Shown piece by piece: positions 1-9,435 of a stretch of DNA of 64,000 nucleotides. The stretch's first letter is position 1. Each line of letters begins with the position of its first letter. Both the position numbers and the translations under genes were made by a program. The stretch spans positions 32,001 through 96,000 of the forward strand of contig CAXFSR010000043.1 in the NCBI GenBank assembly GCA_964005815.1, written 5' to 3'. The stretch comes from an uncultured Nitrospinaceae bacterium. Its GTDB lineage: Bacteria > UBA8248. Under the pieces are notes generated by a model. It was given only the letters and a program-made list of their open reading frames with translations, searched no databases and was not told the DNA's origin.

Positions 1-1
1 T

Positions 2-328
2 GCTCAAAAAATATTAAATGAAAAATTACCACCAAGAGTTTTTTTAAATATAAACGTACCCAATATAAGTGAAGAAGGTTGTCTTGGAATCCAAATCACG
101 AGTCAGGGCAAACGAGTCTACGGTGACCGAATAGTAAAAAGAAAAGATCCTCGAGGAACTGATTATTTTTGGATTGGAGGTGATAAACTTAATTCAAGAA
201 ATGAGCCAAATACGGATTTCGCTGCAATTGAATCAAATCAAATATCTATAACGCCTGTAAAAATGGACTTGACAGACGAAGAATATAAACTTCATCTTAA
301 GAAATGGGATTTTGATGAATTTATTTAG
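2..328 (+). CDS. surE: 5'/3'-nucleotidase SurE, C-terminal part (truncated by window start)
   Basis: Frame from nt 2 reads ...FLNINVP...IQITSQGKRVY...DPRGTDYFWIGG...TDFAAIESNQISITPVKMDLT...FI*, the typical SurE C-terminus; lies directly upstream of pcm as in the conserved surE-pcm pair. Confidence 0.93.
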   Translation, partial: AQKILNEKLPPRVFLNINVPNISEEGCLGIQITSQGKRVYGDRIVKRKDPRGTDYFWIGGDKLNSRNEPNTDFAAIESNQISITPVKMDLTDEEYKLHLKKWDFDEFI

Positions 329-995
329 AAACAGTCCAATGAACAGCGAAAAAAGATGGGAAATAGCTCGACTAGAGATGATAGAAAAACAAATCATTGG
401 GAGAGGCATCAAAGACAAAAAAGTAATTGAAGTAATGAGCAAAGTGCCCAGACACTATTTCTGTCCAGAAGTTTTTAAGGAAGATTCTTACGCCGACAAG
501 TCTATTCCAATAGGACACGGACAAACCATTTCACAACCCTACATGGTTGCCGCAAGCTTAGAATCACTTTCGCTGAAAGGAAATGAAAAAATCCTAGAAA
601 TAGGCTCAGGATCTGGTTATGTAACTGCTCTTTTATGCGAAATGGGTCTTACAGTTCGAGCAATTGAACGAATTTCCATTTTGTCAGATCTAGCGAGAAC
701 AAAACTTGAAAAACTTGGATATTCCAATTTCCTTCTATGGACAGCTGATGGTACTTACGGCTGGAATGAGGAAGCTCCTTTCGATGCCATTCTTTCTGCA
801 GCATCTGGAGTAAGACCCCCACAACCATGGTTAGAGCAACTTACGAATACAGGAACTCTGGTAATGCCTATAGGAGATGAAAGCAATCAAAAATTAACGA
901 AAGTAATCAGTAATAAGGATGGAACCTTCAAGGTTGAAGAAATTGTTGGATGTGTCTTTGTAAAACTTATCGGACGTCATGGCTGGAAATCATAG
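315..995 (+). CDS. pcm: Protein-L-isoaspartate O-methyltransferase
   Basis: VPRHYF, GQTISQPYMVA, ILEIGSGSGY (SAM motif I), APFDAI, CVFVKLIG; alternative ATG at 339. Confidence 0.95.
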   Translation: MNLFRNSPMNSEKRWEIARLEMIEKQIIGRGIKDKKVIEVMSKVPRHYFCPEVFKEDSYADKSIPIGHGQTISQPYMVAASLESLSLKGNEKILEIGSGSGYVTALLCEMGLTVRAIERISILSDLARTKLEKLGYSNFLLWTADGTYGWNEEAPFDAILSAASGVRPPQPWLEQLTNTGTLVMPIGDESNQKLTKVISNKDGTFKVEEIVGCVFVKLIGRHGWKS

Positions 996-1008
996 AAGGA
1001 GAACTCAT

Positions 1009-1458
1009 ATGAATAATCGACCGACCGAGATGGATCATTTTCTAACAGAACCTAGAATTGCTCGTGTCTCTTCAATAAATCAAGATGATTCTCCACATAT
1101 CGTTCCTGTAGTATATCTTTTCTTCCCTGACAAAGGCACTTTTTACTTCAATACCAAAACCTATACACTCACTATAAAAAATCTACGCAGAAACCCCAAA
1201 GTTTCAATTTGTGTTGATGATGACTCTCATCCTTTCAGAGCTGTAACTGCATCGGGAATCGCACATCTTTCACAAGAAATGCAAAGTGACCACGAGGGAC
1301 AAAAAAAACTAGTAGATCATTTTTACGGACCTGAGATGTGGAAAGAATGGGTTAAATCACCTAAAGTGGAAGGAATTAGAGTTCGTGTTACAATCGAACC
1401 AAAGAAGTGGAAATGGTGGGATCAACGCAGAAAATTATCTGGTTCAGTAAAACTCTAA
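1009..1458 (+). CDS. Pyridoxamine 5'-phosphate oxidase-like split-barrel protein (PPOX class, possibly F420/FMN-binding)
   Basis: RIARVSSINQDDSPHIVPV...NLRRNPKVSICVDD pattern; AGGAG RBS before ATG 1009. Confidence 0.8.
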   Translation: MNNRPTEMDHFLTEPRIARVSSINQDDSPHIVPVVYLFFPDKGTFYFNTKTYTLTIKNLRRNPKVSICVDDDSHPFRAVTASGIAHLSQEMQSDHEGQKKLVDHFYGPEMWKEWVKSPKVEGIRVRVTIEPKKWKWWDQRRKLSGSVKL

Positions 1459-1463
1459 ATTTC

Positions 1464-2351
1464 TTAGAAAAATTTCCAACTCACAAGCAATGCTCCACCT
1501 ACAGTTAAGAAGGTGCCAATCACGATAGGCATCGTAACTTTTTCAATATCACGAAGCAAAAGATGACTTAGTATCAAAGCAAAAAAAGGCGAAGTTGAGG
1601 CTATAGGCTGGGTAATACTTATATCTCCTCTCATAACAGCATGAAAACTAAGTATAAAAGTGCCAGTATTAACTAGACCGCAAATTCCATAATAATACCA
1701 AGCCTTACCCCAAGTTAAGTTTGGCCTATAATTTTTAGGCAGAGCAAAAGAAAAACTCAGGATAAAAATGAGTCCAGAAATTGTAGTAATCGTAACACCG
1801 ATTAAAGGAGAAAATAATATTCCTAGTCCTATCTTACGTACTATAGCTCCAGCTGCAAATGAGAAAACAGCTGCCATCGGCAACCAGATATAACGCCTAT
1901 TCCAAGAAATATCTCCGCTTTTTTTGATTGAAAATAAGGCACATCCTCCAACAATCATTAAAGTTCCCATCCAAATCAGTGGTCCCGGTCTTTCTCCAAG
2001 AATCATATATGCCATAATCGCAGCTACAAGGGGTTGGATCGATTTCAATGGAACGGCTCTAGAAACCCCAAGGTGATGAATACCATAAAAAATAAAAAGC
2101 CGTCCAAGACAAGGACCTAATAGACCTGACACAAAAAAACAAAGTACTGCAGTTCTATTTATAAGACGTAAGTCGGAAAAAAGAAGAACAAGTATCAGCA
2201 AGAAAGGAACGCTTACAATTAATCCAATTACCACACCGGATGTTGCATTCGCATATCTCTGACCCATTCGGATGATAATACTAAATGTCGCTGCTCCAAT
2301 AGCTGCGCAAAAAGCAAAAATACAAGCTGTAGTTTGATCAATCATCATCAA
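1464..2351 (-). CDS. EamA/DMT family transporter
   Basis: ~295 aa, about 10 hydrophobic segments, two EamA-like repeats (GVSRAVP...LGERP; GDISITQP...IEKVT). Confidence 0.88.
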   Translation of the reverse strand: MMMIDQTTACIFAFCAAIGAATFSIIIRMGQRYANATSGVVIGLIVSVPFLLILVLLFSDLRLINRTAVLCFFVSGLLGPCLGRLFIFYGIHHLGVSRAVPLKSIQPLVAAIMAYMILGERPGPLIWMGTLMIVGGCALFSIKKSGDISWNRRYIWLPMAAVFSFAAGAIVRKIGLGILFSPLIGVTITTISGLIFILSFSFALPKNYRPNLTWGKAWYYYGICGLVNTGTFILSFHAVMRGDISITQPIASTSPFFALILSHLLLRDIEKVTMPIVIGTFLTVGGALLVSWKFF

Positions 2352-2369
2352 ATCATCCGAACAATAGAG

Positions 2370-3251
2370 TTAGAAAATCCGCCACGAAATAATTGTTCCG
2401 CCAAGAACAATCAACAAAGTACCTATCAAAATCAAAAGGGTGATTTTTTCTTCATCTTTAAAAAAGATCCTACTAAAAAGAAGCGCAAATAAAGGCGCCA
2501 TTGAAGAAAGTGGAGTTACTATTGAAAGGTCTCCATAGTTTAGACCCACAAAATGAAAAAAAACAGAAGCGGTGTTAAGAAGACCTGAGAAAGTATAAAA
2601 TTTCCAAGCTTGGATACTTTTCAAGTTTGGTCTCTGTGGCTGAGGAAAAAAACGCGAAAAAAGAACTAGAAAGAAGAACCCCGAAACACTCATAATTGTA
2701 ATTGCCAACAACGGAGAGTCTACTACCCTAACACCCGTTTTTCTAAATACGTGAGATAAAGACAAAGATAAAACAGCAAGAAAAGGAATCCAAATATAAT
2801 TTCTATTCCAACTACTATCATTGTCTTTCTTATATGTAATCGAAATACAACCAGTAACTATCATCATTGTACCAAGCCATATAAATGGTCCAGGCCTTTC
2901 GCCTAAGAGTAAAACTCCAAAAATAGATGCAAAAAGAGGCATCGTGGAAGTAAGAGGCATAGCACGGGATACACCCAGATAATGTATTCCTGAAAAATAA
3001 AGTACTCTTCCAACTGCTGGACCAAGAAATCCAGCTATGGAAAGTAAAAATAGTGCTTTCAAATTCCACCAATGAGCTTGCCAATTAATATAAGTTAGAA
3101 ATGCAAGCACAGGAATACTTATGATCAATCCAATCAGAACTCCTGTATAAGCATTGCCGTGATGTCTTCCCTGCCTCACAATTATAGAGAATGTGCCGGT
3201 GGAAATAGCAGTTAAAATGGAAAAAATACCTGTGAGAGTAAGATCTGTCAT
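2370..3251 (-). CDS. EamA/DMT family transporter (paralog of the adjacent gene)
   Basis: Same architecture; shared motifs GVLIGLI, GPAVGR, GVSRAMP, LGERPGP, SWNR. Confidence 0.88.
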   Translation of the reverse strand: MTDLTLTGIFSILTAISTGTFSIIVRQGRHHGNAYTGVLIGLIISIPVLAFLTYINWQAHWWNLKALFLLSIAGFLGPAVGRVLYFSGIHYLGVSRAMPLTSTMPLFASIFGVLLLGERPGPFIWLGTMMIVTGCISITYKKDNDSSWNRNYIWIPFLAVLSLSLSHVFRKTGVRVVDSPLLAITIMSVSGFFFLVLFSRFFPQPQRPNLKSIQAWKFYTFSGLLNTASVFFHFVGLNYGDLSIVTPLSSMAPLFALLFSRIFFKDEEKITLLILIGTLLIVLGGTIISWRIF

Positions 3252-3412
3252 ATGCCTAAAGAATAAAGTGGAATTGAGAAAGAAATCATTTTAACATTAC
3301 TCTATGGTTTAACCCATTTCATTTAGACAATTTTTACAATTGATGTTTCAGTTCAAATTATCTAAAATCCCACAATATAGAATAATTCTTTCCTTCTAAA
3401 ATAAGAAAACAA

Positions 3413-3973
3413 ATGAATCCAACTGAACAATTCGATAAAGCCTTTGAATCCGCTTTTAAAGATAGAGACAATTTCATTACTTACGTCAATACATTTTCTA
3501 AAGAACAAGCAATCTGGGAACCACCTGATAATGAATGGAGCATAATAGAAGGTATTGAGCATACCCTTTTAGTAGATGTATTTTTTAGGAAATCTGCCTT
3601 AGAAGTTCTGAATGAAGCAGAAAAGACAGGAAATTGGATTACGAAATTAGAAAATAAAGAAAAAATGTCTTTAGAAGCCTTGAGAAAAAGAGAACAAGGA
3701 TTTGTACCATCCCCAGAATCTTTACTGCCAAGAGGAAGATCTGATTTACAACAGATGATAAGGGAACTTTATCCATCGAAAATGGCTATACATGAATGTC
3801 TCATTTCTTTTCGTGAAATAGATTTATCTTCTCTAGTACCAAATCCCAGACCAAAATACGGCGCTTTAAATATTTATGAACGTATATACTATTCAGGAAT
3901 CCACGATTACCTACATCAAGAGCAAATGAACAGAGTAACTCAACACAAAAGTTTCCCTAATTTAGATCATTAA
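3413..3973 (+). CDS. DinB/YfiT-like putative metalloprotein
   Basis: WSIIEGIEH near the N-terminus and HDYLHQEQ near the C-terminus give the DinB His triad pattern. Confidence 0.75.
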   Translation: MNPTEQFDKAFESAFKDRDNFITYVNTFSKEQAIWEPPDNEWSIIEGIEHTLLVDVFFRKSALEVLNEAEKTGNWITKLENKEKMSLEALRKREQGFVPSPESLLPRGRSDLQQMIRELYPSKMAIHECLISFREIDLSSLVPNPRPKYGALNIYERIYYSGIHDYLHQEQMNRVTQHKSFPNLDH

Positions 3974-4050
3974 CTTTTTCTTCTATGCTATTGTATTTAT
4001 TTGCATTACAGATATTCATATTTAAAAGAGAACAAAGAATATAGTCAAAT

Positions 4051-5934
4051 CTATTCTTTGATCCAGTCTTTTATTGTCTTAGGAAATCTTGATTCGTTGT
4101 AACGCCTCTTAACTGGAAGAACTTCCGTTTTAGAAAACCCTCTTCTTGCTATCAAGTAATCTTTATTTTTGCTTTTAGCAAAAATAATCGTTCGAAGTTT
4201 ATTTTCATTTTTCCCATACAAAGTAACCGTCATACGGTAATTATCAAAGTCATATTCGTTCTTTCCTATATCAGACTCCTCATATTCCAAATCTTTCAAT
4301 CTATTCAAGAAACCGTCTACTTCCGCAACGTTCACCTTTTTTTCTTTCAAATTTGTAAACTCCCAAGAGTTTTTGTCAGTTCCCCCAAAAAGACCTGCGA
4401 GAGGTCTTCTAAGAATCATTTTCTTTCCGTCTGGATATGCCACAATTAATTTCTGGATTTTCTCTATACTATCAAATACTATAAGTCTTCTATCTCTGAA
4501 GTATTTAGTTCTTCTGGTTATTTTTTCGTAATCTTTCTTTTTCAACATAAAAATTCTTTCTTGTCCGACAAATTTTCCATAGGCTTTCTTTCCATCCAAT
4601 AATTTACTTATTATAAAAGTATGGAGAGTTTCTTTGTCCTCTTTTTTCTTCTTAATATAAACATCGAATTTCCTAACATCTTTCGATTCCAGTCCATAAT
4701 CTGAAAGATTTTTTTTAGGATTATCAATATAACCTGCAGAATTAGACCACTTTATATCCCATAGCAAATCATCAATATGCTTATGCCTTCCCTTAAACTT
4801 AACTGTCCTTGTCCCAGCAGAAGATTCTACTGATACATCCCATTCTTTTTTTGATTTTCTAATTGAATCGAATGTATTTCCATCCCAAGAAAAACGTATG
4901 CGCGTAACATGATCTACATCATAATCAATCAGAGTTTTCTTTCTTATCTTGAATGTGTCCTTGGGCAAATTATTCATGGTATGTTCTTTCATCAAAAAAA
5001 CAGGCCCACCACTAAGCCTTCTCGCATAGAATAATATTTCTTTCTTCTTCTTTGCCTTGGGATCCTTTGCATTCAGAGGAGCAAAACTAATCTCTCTCTC
5101 ACCTACGATCACTCCGTCATCTGGTTTTTTTGAAGCTCTGTCTTTAAAAACATGGTAGATATACTTAGGATTATCCAATCCGTATTTAGACAAATCTTTT
5201 GGATCCTCTTCGACAAATCGAGCAACCTGATCCCAGCGTAAAGTCGAGACCACTCCTTCTGTTTCTACTGCATCTGATTCTTCATTGAGTGGATAAATCA
5301 AATTCCATTTGTCTTTGTTTTTTTCATTCCTTGTAGCATCAAAGATTTTTTTCATCCCCCTAGAGAATGCACTGACTTTATTTGCATCAGCTGGAATTGT
5401 AGTTATGAGATATTTGTCTCTGATATCAAAGATTTTCTTGTCAAATTTTTTCAAAACTGCAATATCTACAGTTGCTACTTCTCCATTGCCAAGCAAAACA
5501 TATCTAAATTTTTTTGTAGGATTTTTATTTCCTAATTTCAAAACTATATTTTTAGAATTTTTGAAATTCATTGACAAAAGTTGTTTGGTATCGCTAAGTC
5601 CAAATTCTTTAAGAGAGTCCACTTTTCCGATTCGTCTTTGTTCTTTAATCTGAGCAACCACTTTCAACATTTTATCCAAAACGTCTTCATCAACGCTGGC
5701 AACAATAGGTTTAATTATAGAAAAACCTTTCCCATTACGTTTTAATACATATTTGTTGTTTTTACCGTAAAAAGAGAGCCTTTCTAGATTTGAAGTTTCA
5801 TTAGAACCGATTAATTTAAGGCTGATTTCTTTTTTCTTTTGAACTTCTTTTGCCCATTTAACATCATATAGATAGTAGGCTGAAGATAGGACTACCAGGA
5901 TAAGTAATAGGAATAAATTTTTCTTGCCATTCAC
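4051..5934 (-). CDS. Membrane-anchored multi-DUF4340 domain protein
   Basis: N-terminal TM anchor; repeated L-x-x-(Y/F)-G-L motifs; position downstream of a GldG-like gene is typical. Confidence 0.8.
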   Translation of the reverse strand: MNGKKNLFLLLILVVLSSAYYLYDVKWAKEVQKKKEISLKLIGSNETSNLERLSFYGKNNKYVLKRNGKGFSIIKPIVASVDEDVLDKMLKVVAQIKEQRRIGKVDSLKEFGLSDTKQLLSMNFKNSKNIVLKLGNKNPTKKFRYVLLGNGEVATVDIAVLKKFDKKIFDIRDKYLITTIPADANKVSAFSRGMKKIFDATRNEKNKDKWNLIYPLNEESDAVETEGVVSTLRWDQVARFVEEDPKDLSKYGLDNPKYIYHVFKDRASKKPDDGVIVGEREISFAPLNAKDPKAKKKKEILFYARRLSGGPVFLMKEHTMNNLPKDTFKIRKKTLIDYDVDHVTRIRFSWDGNTFDSIRKSKKEWDVSVESSAGTRTVKFKGRHKHIDDLLWDIKWSNSAGYIDNPKKNLSDYGLESKDVRKFDVYIKKKKEDKETLHTFIISKLLDGKKAYGKFVGQERIFMLKKKDYEKITRRTKYFRDRRLIVFDSIEKIQKLIVAYPDGKKMILRRPLAGLFGGTDKNSWEFTNLKEKKVNVAEVDGFLNRLKDLEYEESDIGKNEYDFDNYRMTVTLYGKNENKLRTIIFAKSKNKDYLIARRGFSKTEVLPVKRRYNESRFPKTIKDWIKE

Positions 5935-5949
5935 CTTAGACGCCTTCTT

Positions 5950-7593
5950 TTATCTTAACCTTCTTCTACTTACATAAACGGCAGTTCCAATCAAAATGAT
6001 AAAAATCGGGATAACAAGAAACGTTAATATCCATACATAAGATCCTTCATTTCCTTCAATTAGCAATGGATCACCCGTTCTAGTTTTAGGTCTTATAGAA
6101 ATCAAATCTTTCTCTCCACCTAACCAGTTCATTGAATTTAAGACTAAATTTGAATTTCCTTGCATACGAATATATCCATCGGTTGCAAAATCCACATCTC
6201 CATAAACAACCATTCTTGCTTCTTTTTTGTTAATTTTAGATTGGAAGGAGGCTGCAGCACCAAGTGTAACAGGACCAGAATTAATGCTTTTCTCATCATA
6301 GGACAACTCTTTATCACTCACCTCTACCTTTGGGACCCAGAAACTTCCTTTGCCAGTTTTGACTAGTTCCTCACCCTTTAAGCCAATTTTAGGGTCTGCT
6401 TTAAAATTAACTATTCTTGAGGTAGGAAAAACTGTTGCCAATCCTTTTAAACTTTTTGTAATTTCATGAATACCGTAACTAGCAACAAAAGGAGTTAGAG
6501 CATTCCCACCAACCATTGCAAACCTAACTGCCTGGGGATCTATCACATATGATTTTGGGGTTTTAAATCCATATTTATTTAATAGCGAATAAAGATTTTC
6601 AAAGGAATTCTCATCCATGCCGAAATTCGGCTCTAAGAAAACTAAAAGTCTACCCCCCTTATCCATATAATCTTTTAAGAATTTAGATTCGATAGAGGTA
6701 AGATCTTTTTTAGGATCTGCAATTACTAAAATTCTAGCATCTTTCGGAACTGCCTTCTCTCTTACAAGTAACAAAGGCTCTGTTTTGTAATTATCTCCCC
6801 TAAGGAAATTTGCGAGCGCAAATAAGTTTTTACGACTTTTTCCTCCAGCAAAAAGTCTTTCGCCATGACCAGTCAAAAAATATACTTTTTTCTGTTCTGT
6901 CTGAACTGTTTTTAATATAGCGTTAACAATTGCATTTTCCGACAAGGAATATATTTTTTCTGATCTGAAATTTTTAGATAAAGGCATTTTTCCTTTACCA
7001 ACTTTGGACTTTAATTTTGCTGAAGGTATTTTATTGGGAAATCTATGGACCACAACAATAGTGCCGTAATGTTCGACATCATACAATTTTGCAGCTGTTG
7101 GATTCGCATCTAGGTCAATAAATTTAAAACTAACTTGACTTGTATGCCTAGTGTACCTTTCCAAAGCCTCTTTTATAGAAGGCTGTCGTAATTTTTTAAT
7201 AAAAGCAATAAGTTCAATGCTGACTTTTTCTCTATCTAGTTTTTTCAAAACTTTTACTGTTTTACTAGAAAGACTATGAAACTTACCTGGAGTAATATCC
7301 CAAATATGAAAATGTTTAAAAGAGAAGAGATTTAAAACAAAAATCAGGGAAACAACCACGAAACACATTATGGTTACTTGTATTCCTGACTTAGTTGATC
7401 TTTGGCTAAAACCTTTCTTCAATTCCGAGCTAGATGACCATAACGCAACAACAAAAAGTATAACACCTAAGAAACCGGTTACATAAACCCAGTAAGAAAC
7501 GCCTTCAAAAAGATCTCTGCCTGCCCAACCGGTTATGGTAAGAACAAGAAAAAAAGCTGAGGCTATAAAAATATACAGTGATTGACTTGCCAA
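5950..7593 (-). CDS. GldG-like ABC-transporter auxiliary component
   Basis: WDITPGKFHSLS..T, VYFLTGHGE, GGRLLVF, VVYGDVDF, N...NWL...LISIRPK, C-terminal TM ending in RR. Confidence 0.88.
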   Translation of the reverse strand: MASQSLYIFIASAFFLVLTITGWAGRDLFEGVSYWVYVTGFLGVILFVVALWSSSSELKKGFSQRSTKSGIQVTIMCFVVVSLIFVLNLFSFKHFHIWDITPGKFHSLSSKTVKVLKKLDREKVSIELIAFIKKLRQPSIKEALERYTRHTSQVSFKFIDLDANPTAAKLYDVEHYGTIVVVHRFPNKIPSAKLKSKVGKGKMPLSKNFRSEKIYSLSENAIVNAILKTVQTEQKKVYFLTGHGERLFAGGKSRKNLFALANFLRGDNYKTEPLLLVREKAVPKDARILVIADPKKDLTSIESKFLKDYMDKGGRLLVFLEPNFGMDENSFENLYSLLNKYGFKTPKSYVIDPQAVRFAMVGGNALTPFVASYGIHEITKSLKGLATVFPTSRIVNFKADPKIGLKGEELVKTGKGSFWVPKVEVSDKELSYDEKSINSGPVTLGAAASFQSKINKKEARMVVYGDVDFATDGYIRMQGNSNLVLNSMNWLGGEKDLISIRPKTRTGDPLLIEGNEGSYVWILTFLVIPIFIILIGTAVYVSRRRLR

Positions 7594-7596
7594 GAT

Positions 7597-8376
7597 TTAC
7601 CCCCTCCACCGATGAGATTCTAGTGACCTTAGCGAAAGAAATAAACAGATAAAAATCAAACTCAAGAAAAAGATTATATCTCTTGTATCAATAATTCCCG
7701 CAACAAAATTTTTCAAATGCAATCCAATAGACATTTGACGCAATACTGTCGAAACTATCGCGGGTGCGGATGCTGAAAGAAATTCAACAATAAAACTCAA
7801 TAACAAAATCATAAACGCCGACATCGCGGCTATGATTTGATTTGACGTCCAAGAACTAGCCAAAAGACCTACCGAAAGAAACGAACAACCCATTAGAAAA
7901 ATTCCTAAGAACGATGACGCTATTACTGACCACTCCACTCTGACAAAAGTGCTTAATAGAACAGGATAAATCAATAAAATTAAAAGCATCAGTAGATAAA
8001 TAGAAACTACTGAAAGAAACTTACCTAAAAGAATTTGAGTGTCTTTAATAGGATAAGTCAGGAGCATCTCCATAGTCCCCTGTTTTTTTTCTTCACTAAA
8101 CAATTTCATTGTAAGAAGAGGAGTTATAAACAACAGAGTTACACTCACACTAGCAAAAACCTGCTGAGAGAGGATCCACGATGTAGGGGTTATATTATAT
8201 TGCGCAGCTAATTGGGGATTTCGAGAAAGTTGCATCGATATCATTCCATACTGTGCAAACGCACTGGAGAAAAAACCACCCATAAACAAACTCCATACAC
8301 CCAAAACTACATAAGCAATAGGTGAAAAAAAGAAACTTGAAAGTTCTCTTTTGCATACAACCAAGACACTATTCAT
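7597..8376 (-). CDS. ABC-2 type permease (GldF-like)
   Basis: KRELSSFFFSPIAY, PLLTMKLFSEEKKQGTMEMLLT, GKFL, NQIIA; ATG 8376 overlaps the stop of the ATPase gene. Confidence 0.9.
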   Translation of the reverse strand: MNSVLVVCKRELSSFFFSPIAYVVLGVWSLFMGGFFSSAFAQYGMISMQLSRNPQLAAQYNITPTSWILSQQVFASVSVTLLFITPLLTMKLFSEEKKQGTMEMLLTYPIKDTQILLGKFLSVVSIYLLMLLILLIYPVLLSTFVRVEWSVIASSFLGIFLMGCSFLSVGLLASSWTSNQIIAAMSAFMILLLSFIVEFLSASAPAIVSTVLRQMSIGLHLKNFVAGIIDTRDIIFFLSLIFICLFLSLRSLESHRWRG

Positions 8377-9325
8377 CGACATTCTCCTCAATACTACCAG
8401 TTTCCCCACTTACTATTTTTACGAAAATTTCTTCCAAAGTAATACTTTCTTTTCGTATCTCTGTAAGTTTCCCAGATTTCTCATATACAACAGATGCTAA
8501 ATTTGCACGAAGATCCTTTTCAGAATCTACTTCATAGTGTACCTCTCCATTTTTAATACCTCTCAAACGCACATTTTCCACTCCATCTATACCTTTTAAA
8601 ATTTCTGAAAATTTATCTTCTTCTCCAACTACGGACAAAAATGTTCTATTTTTCTCATTCATACTATCAGCAAGGGCATCTAATTCTCCTGCTGCTGCTA
8701 GCCTTCCTTGATGGATAATTACAACTCTGTCACAAACCATATTCACTTCAGGCAAAATATGTGTACTCAACATTATAGTTCTATTGCCTTTCAATTCCTT
8801 GATCAAATTTCTTATTTCAACAATTTGAGCAGGGTCTAAACCTGAAGTCGGCTCATCTAGCAACATCACTGGAGGATCATTTACTAACGCCTGCGCTAGA
8901 CCTACTCTCTGCCTATACCCTTTAGAGAGATGTCCTATTACTCTAGACCGAACATTCTCCAAACCACATTTCTCTATAACAGAACCAATTGCACTATTTT
9001 TCTCAGAAGAAGACAATCCTTTGATTGAGGCTGAATAATCCAAGTATGCGCTCACCGTCATTTCTGGGTAAAGAGGGTTATTCTCAGGAAGATAACCAAG
9101 ATTTTTCTGCACATTCAAGGGATCTTGAGAAACATCAAAGCCAGCAATGTGTGCTGAACCTGACGAAGCTGGCATATATCCAGTCAATATTTTCATGGTA
9201 GTAGATTTTCCGGCACCATTAGGACCAAGAAAACCCACAATCTCGCCTTCCTCTACATCAAAAGAAATTCCACGAACAGCCTCTACATTTCCGTAGAATT
9301 TCGAAAGATTATCAACGTTAATCAA
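8369..9325 (-). CDS. ABC transporter ATP-binding protein (GldA-like)
   Basis: Walker A GPNGAGKST, signature LSKGYRQR, Walker B LLDEPT. Confidence 0.93.
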   Translation of the reverse strand: MINVDNLSKFYGNVEAVRGISFDVEEGEIVGFLGPNGAGKSTTMKILTGYMPASSGSAHIAGFDVSQDPLNVQKNLGYLPENNPLYPEMTVSAYLDYSASIKGLSSSEKNSAIGSVIEKCGLENVRSRVIGHLSKGYRQRVGLAQALVNDPPVMLLDEPTSGLDPAQIVEIRNLIKELKGNRTIMLSTHILPEVNMVCDRVVIIHQGRLAAAGELDALADSMNEKNRTFLSVVGEEDKFSEILKGIDGVENVRLRGIKNGEVHYEVDSEKDLRANLASVVYEKSGKLTEIRKESITLEEIFVKIVSGETGSIEENVDE

Positions 9326-9435
9326 AACATCGTCCTCAAATTAAAATTAAAACTCAAAAAACAAACAATATTTGCAATTAGTTGAAAATAGCATCTAAAA
9401 ATAGAGAAAAATGAGAGGAATTGCAAGATGAAATT

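Noticed and set aside
3291..3315. TTAACA...TCTATGGTTTAAC resembling the DtxR promoter region
   Set aside because: Not palindromic, spacing differs, and the match is plausible by chance in AT-rich DNA
4051..9325. Calling the ABC operon a gliding-motility locus
   Set aside because: GldAFG homologs occur widely in non-gliding bacteria and no other gld/spr genes are in the window
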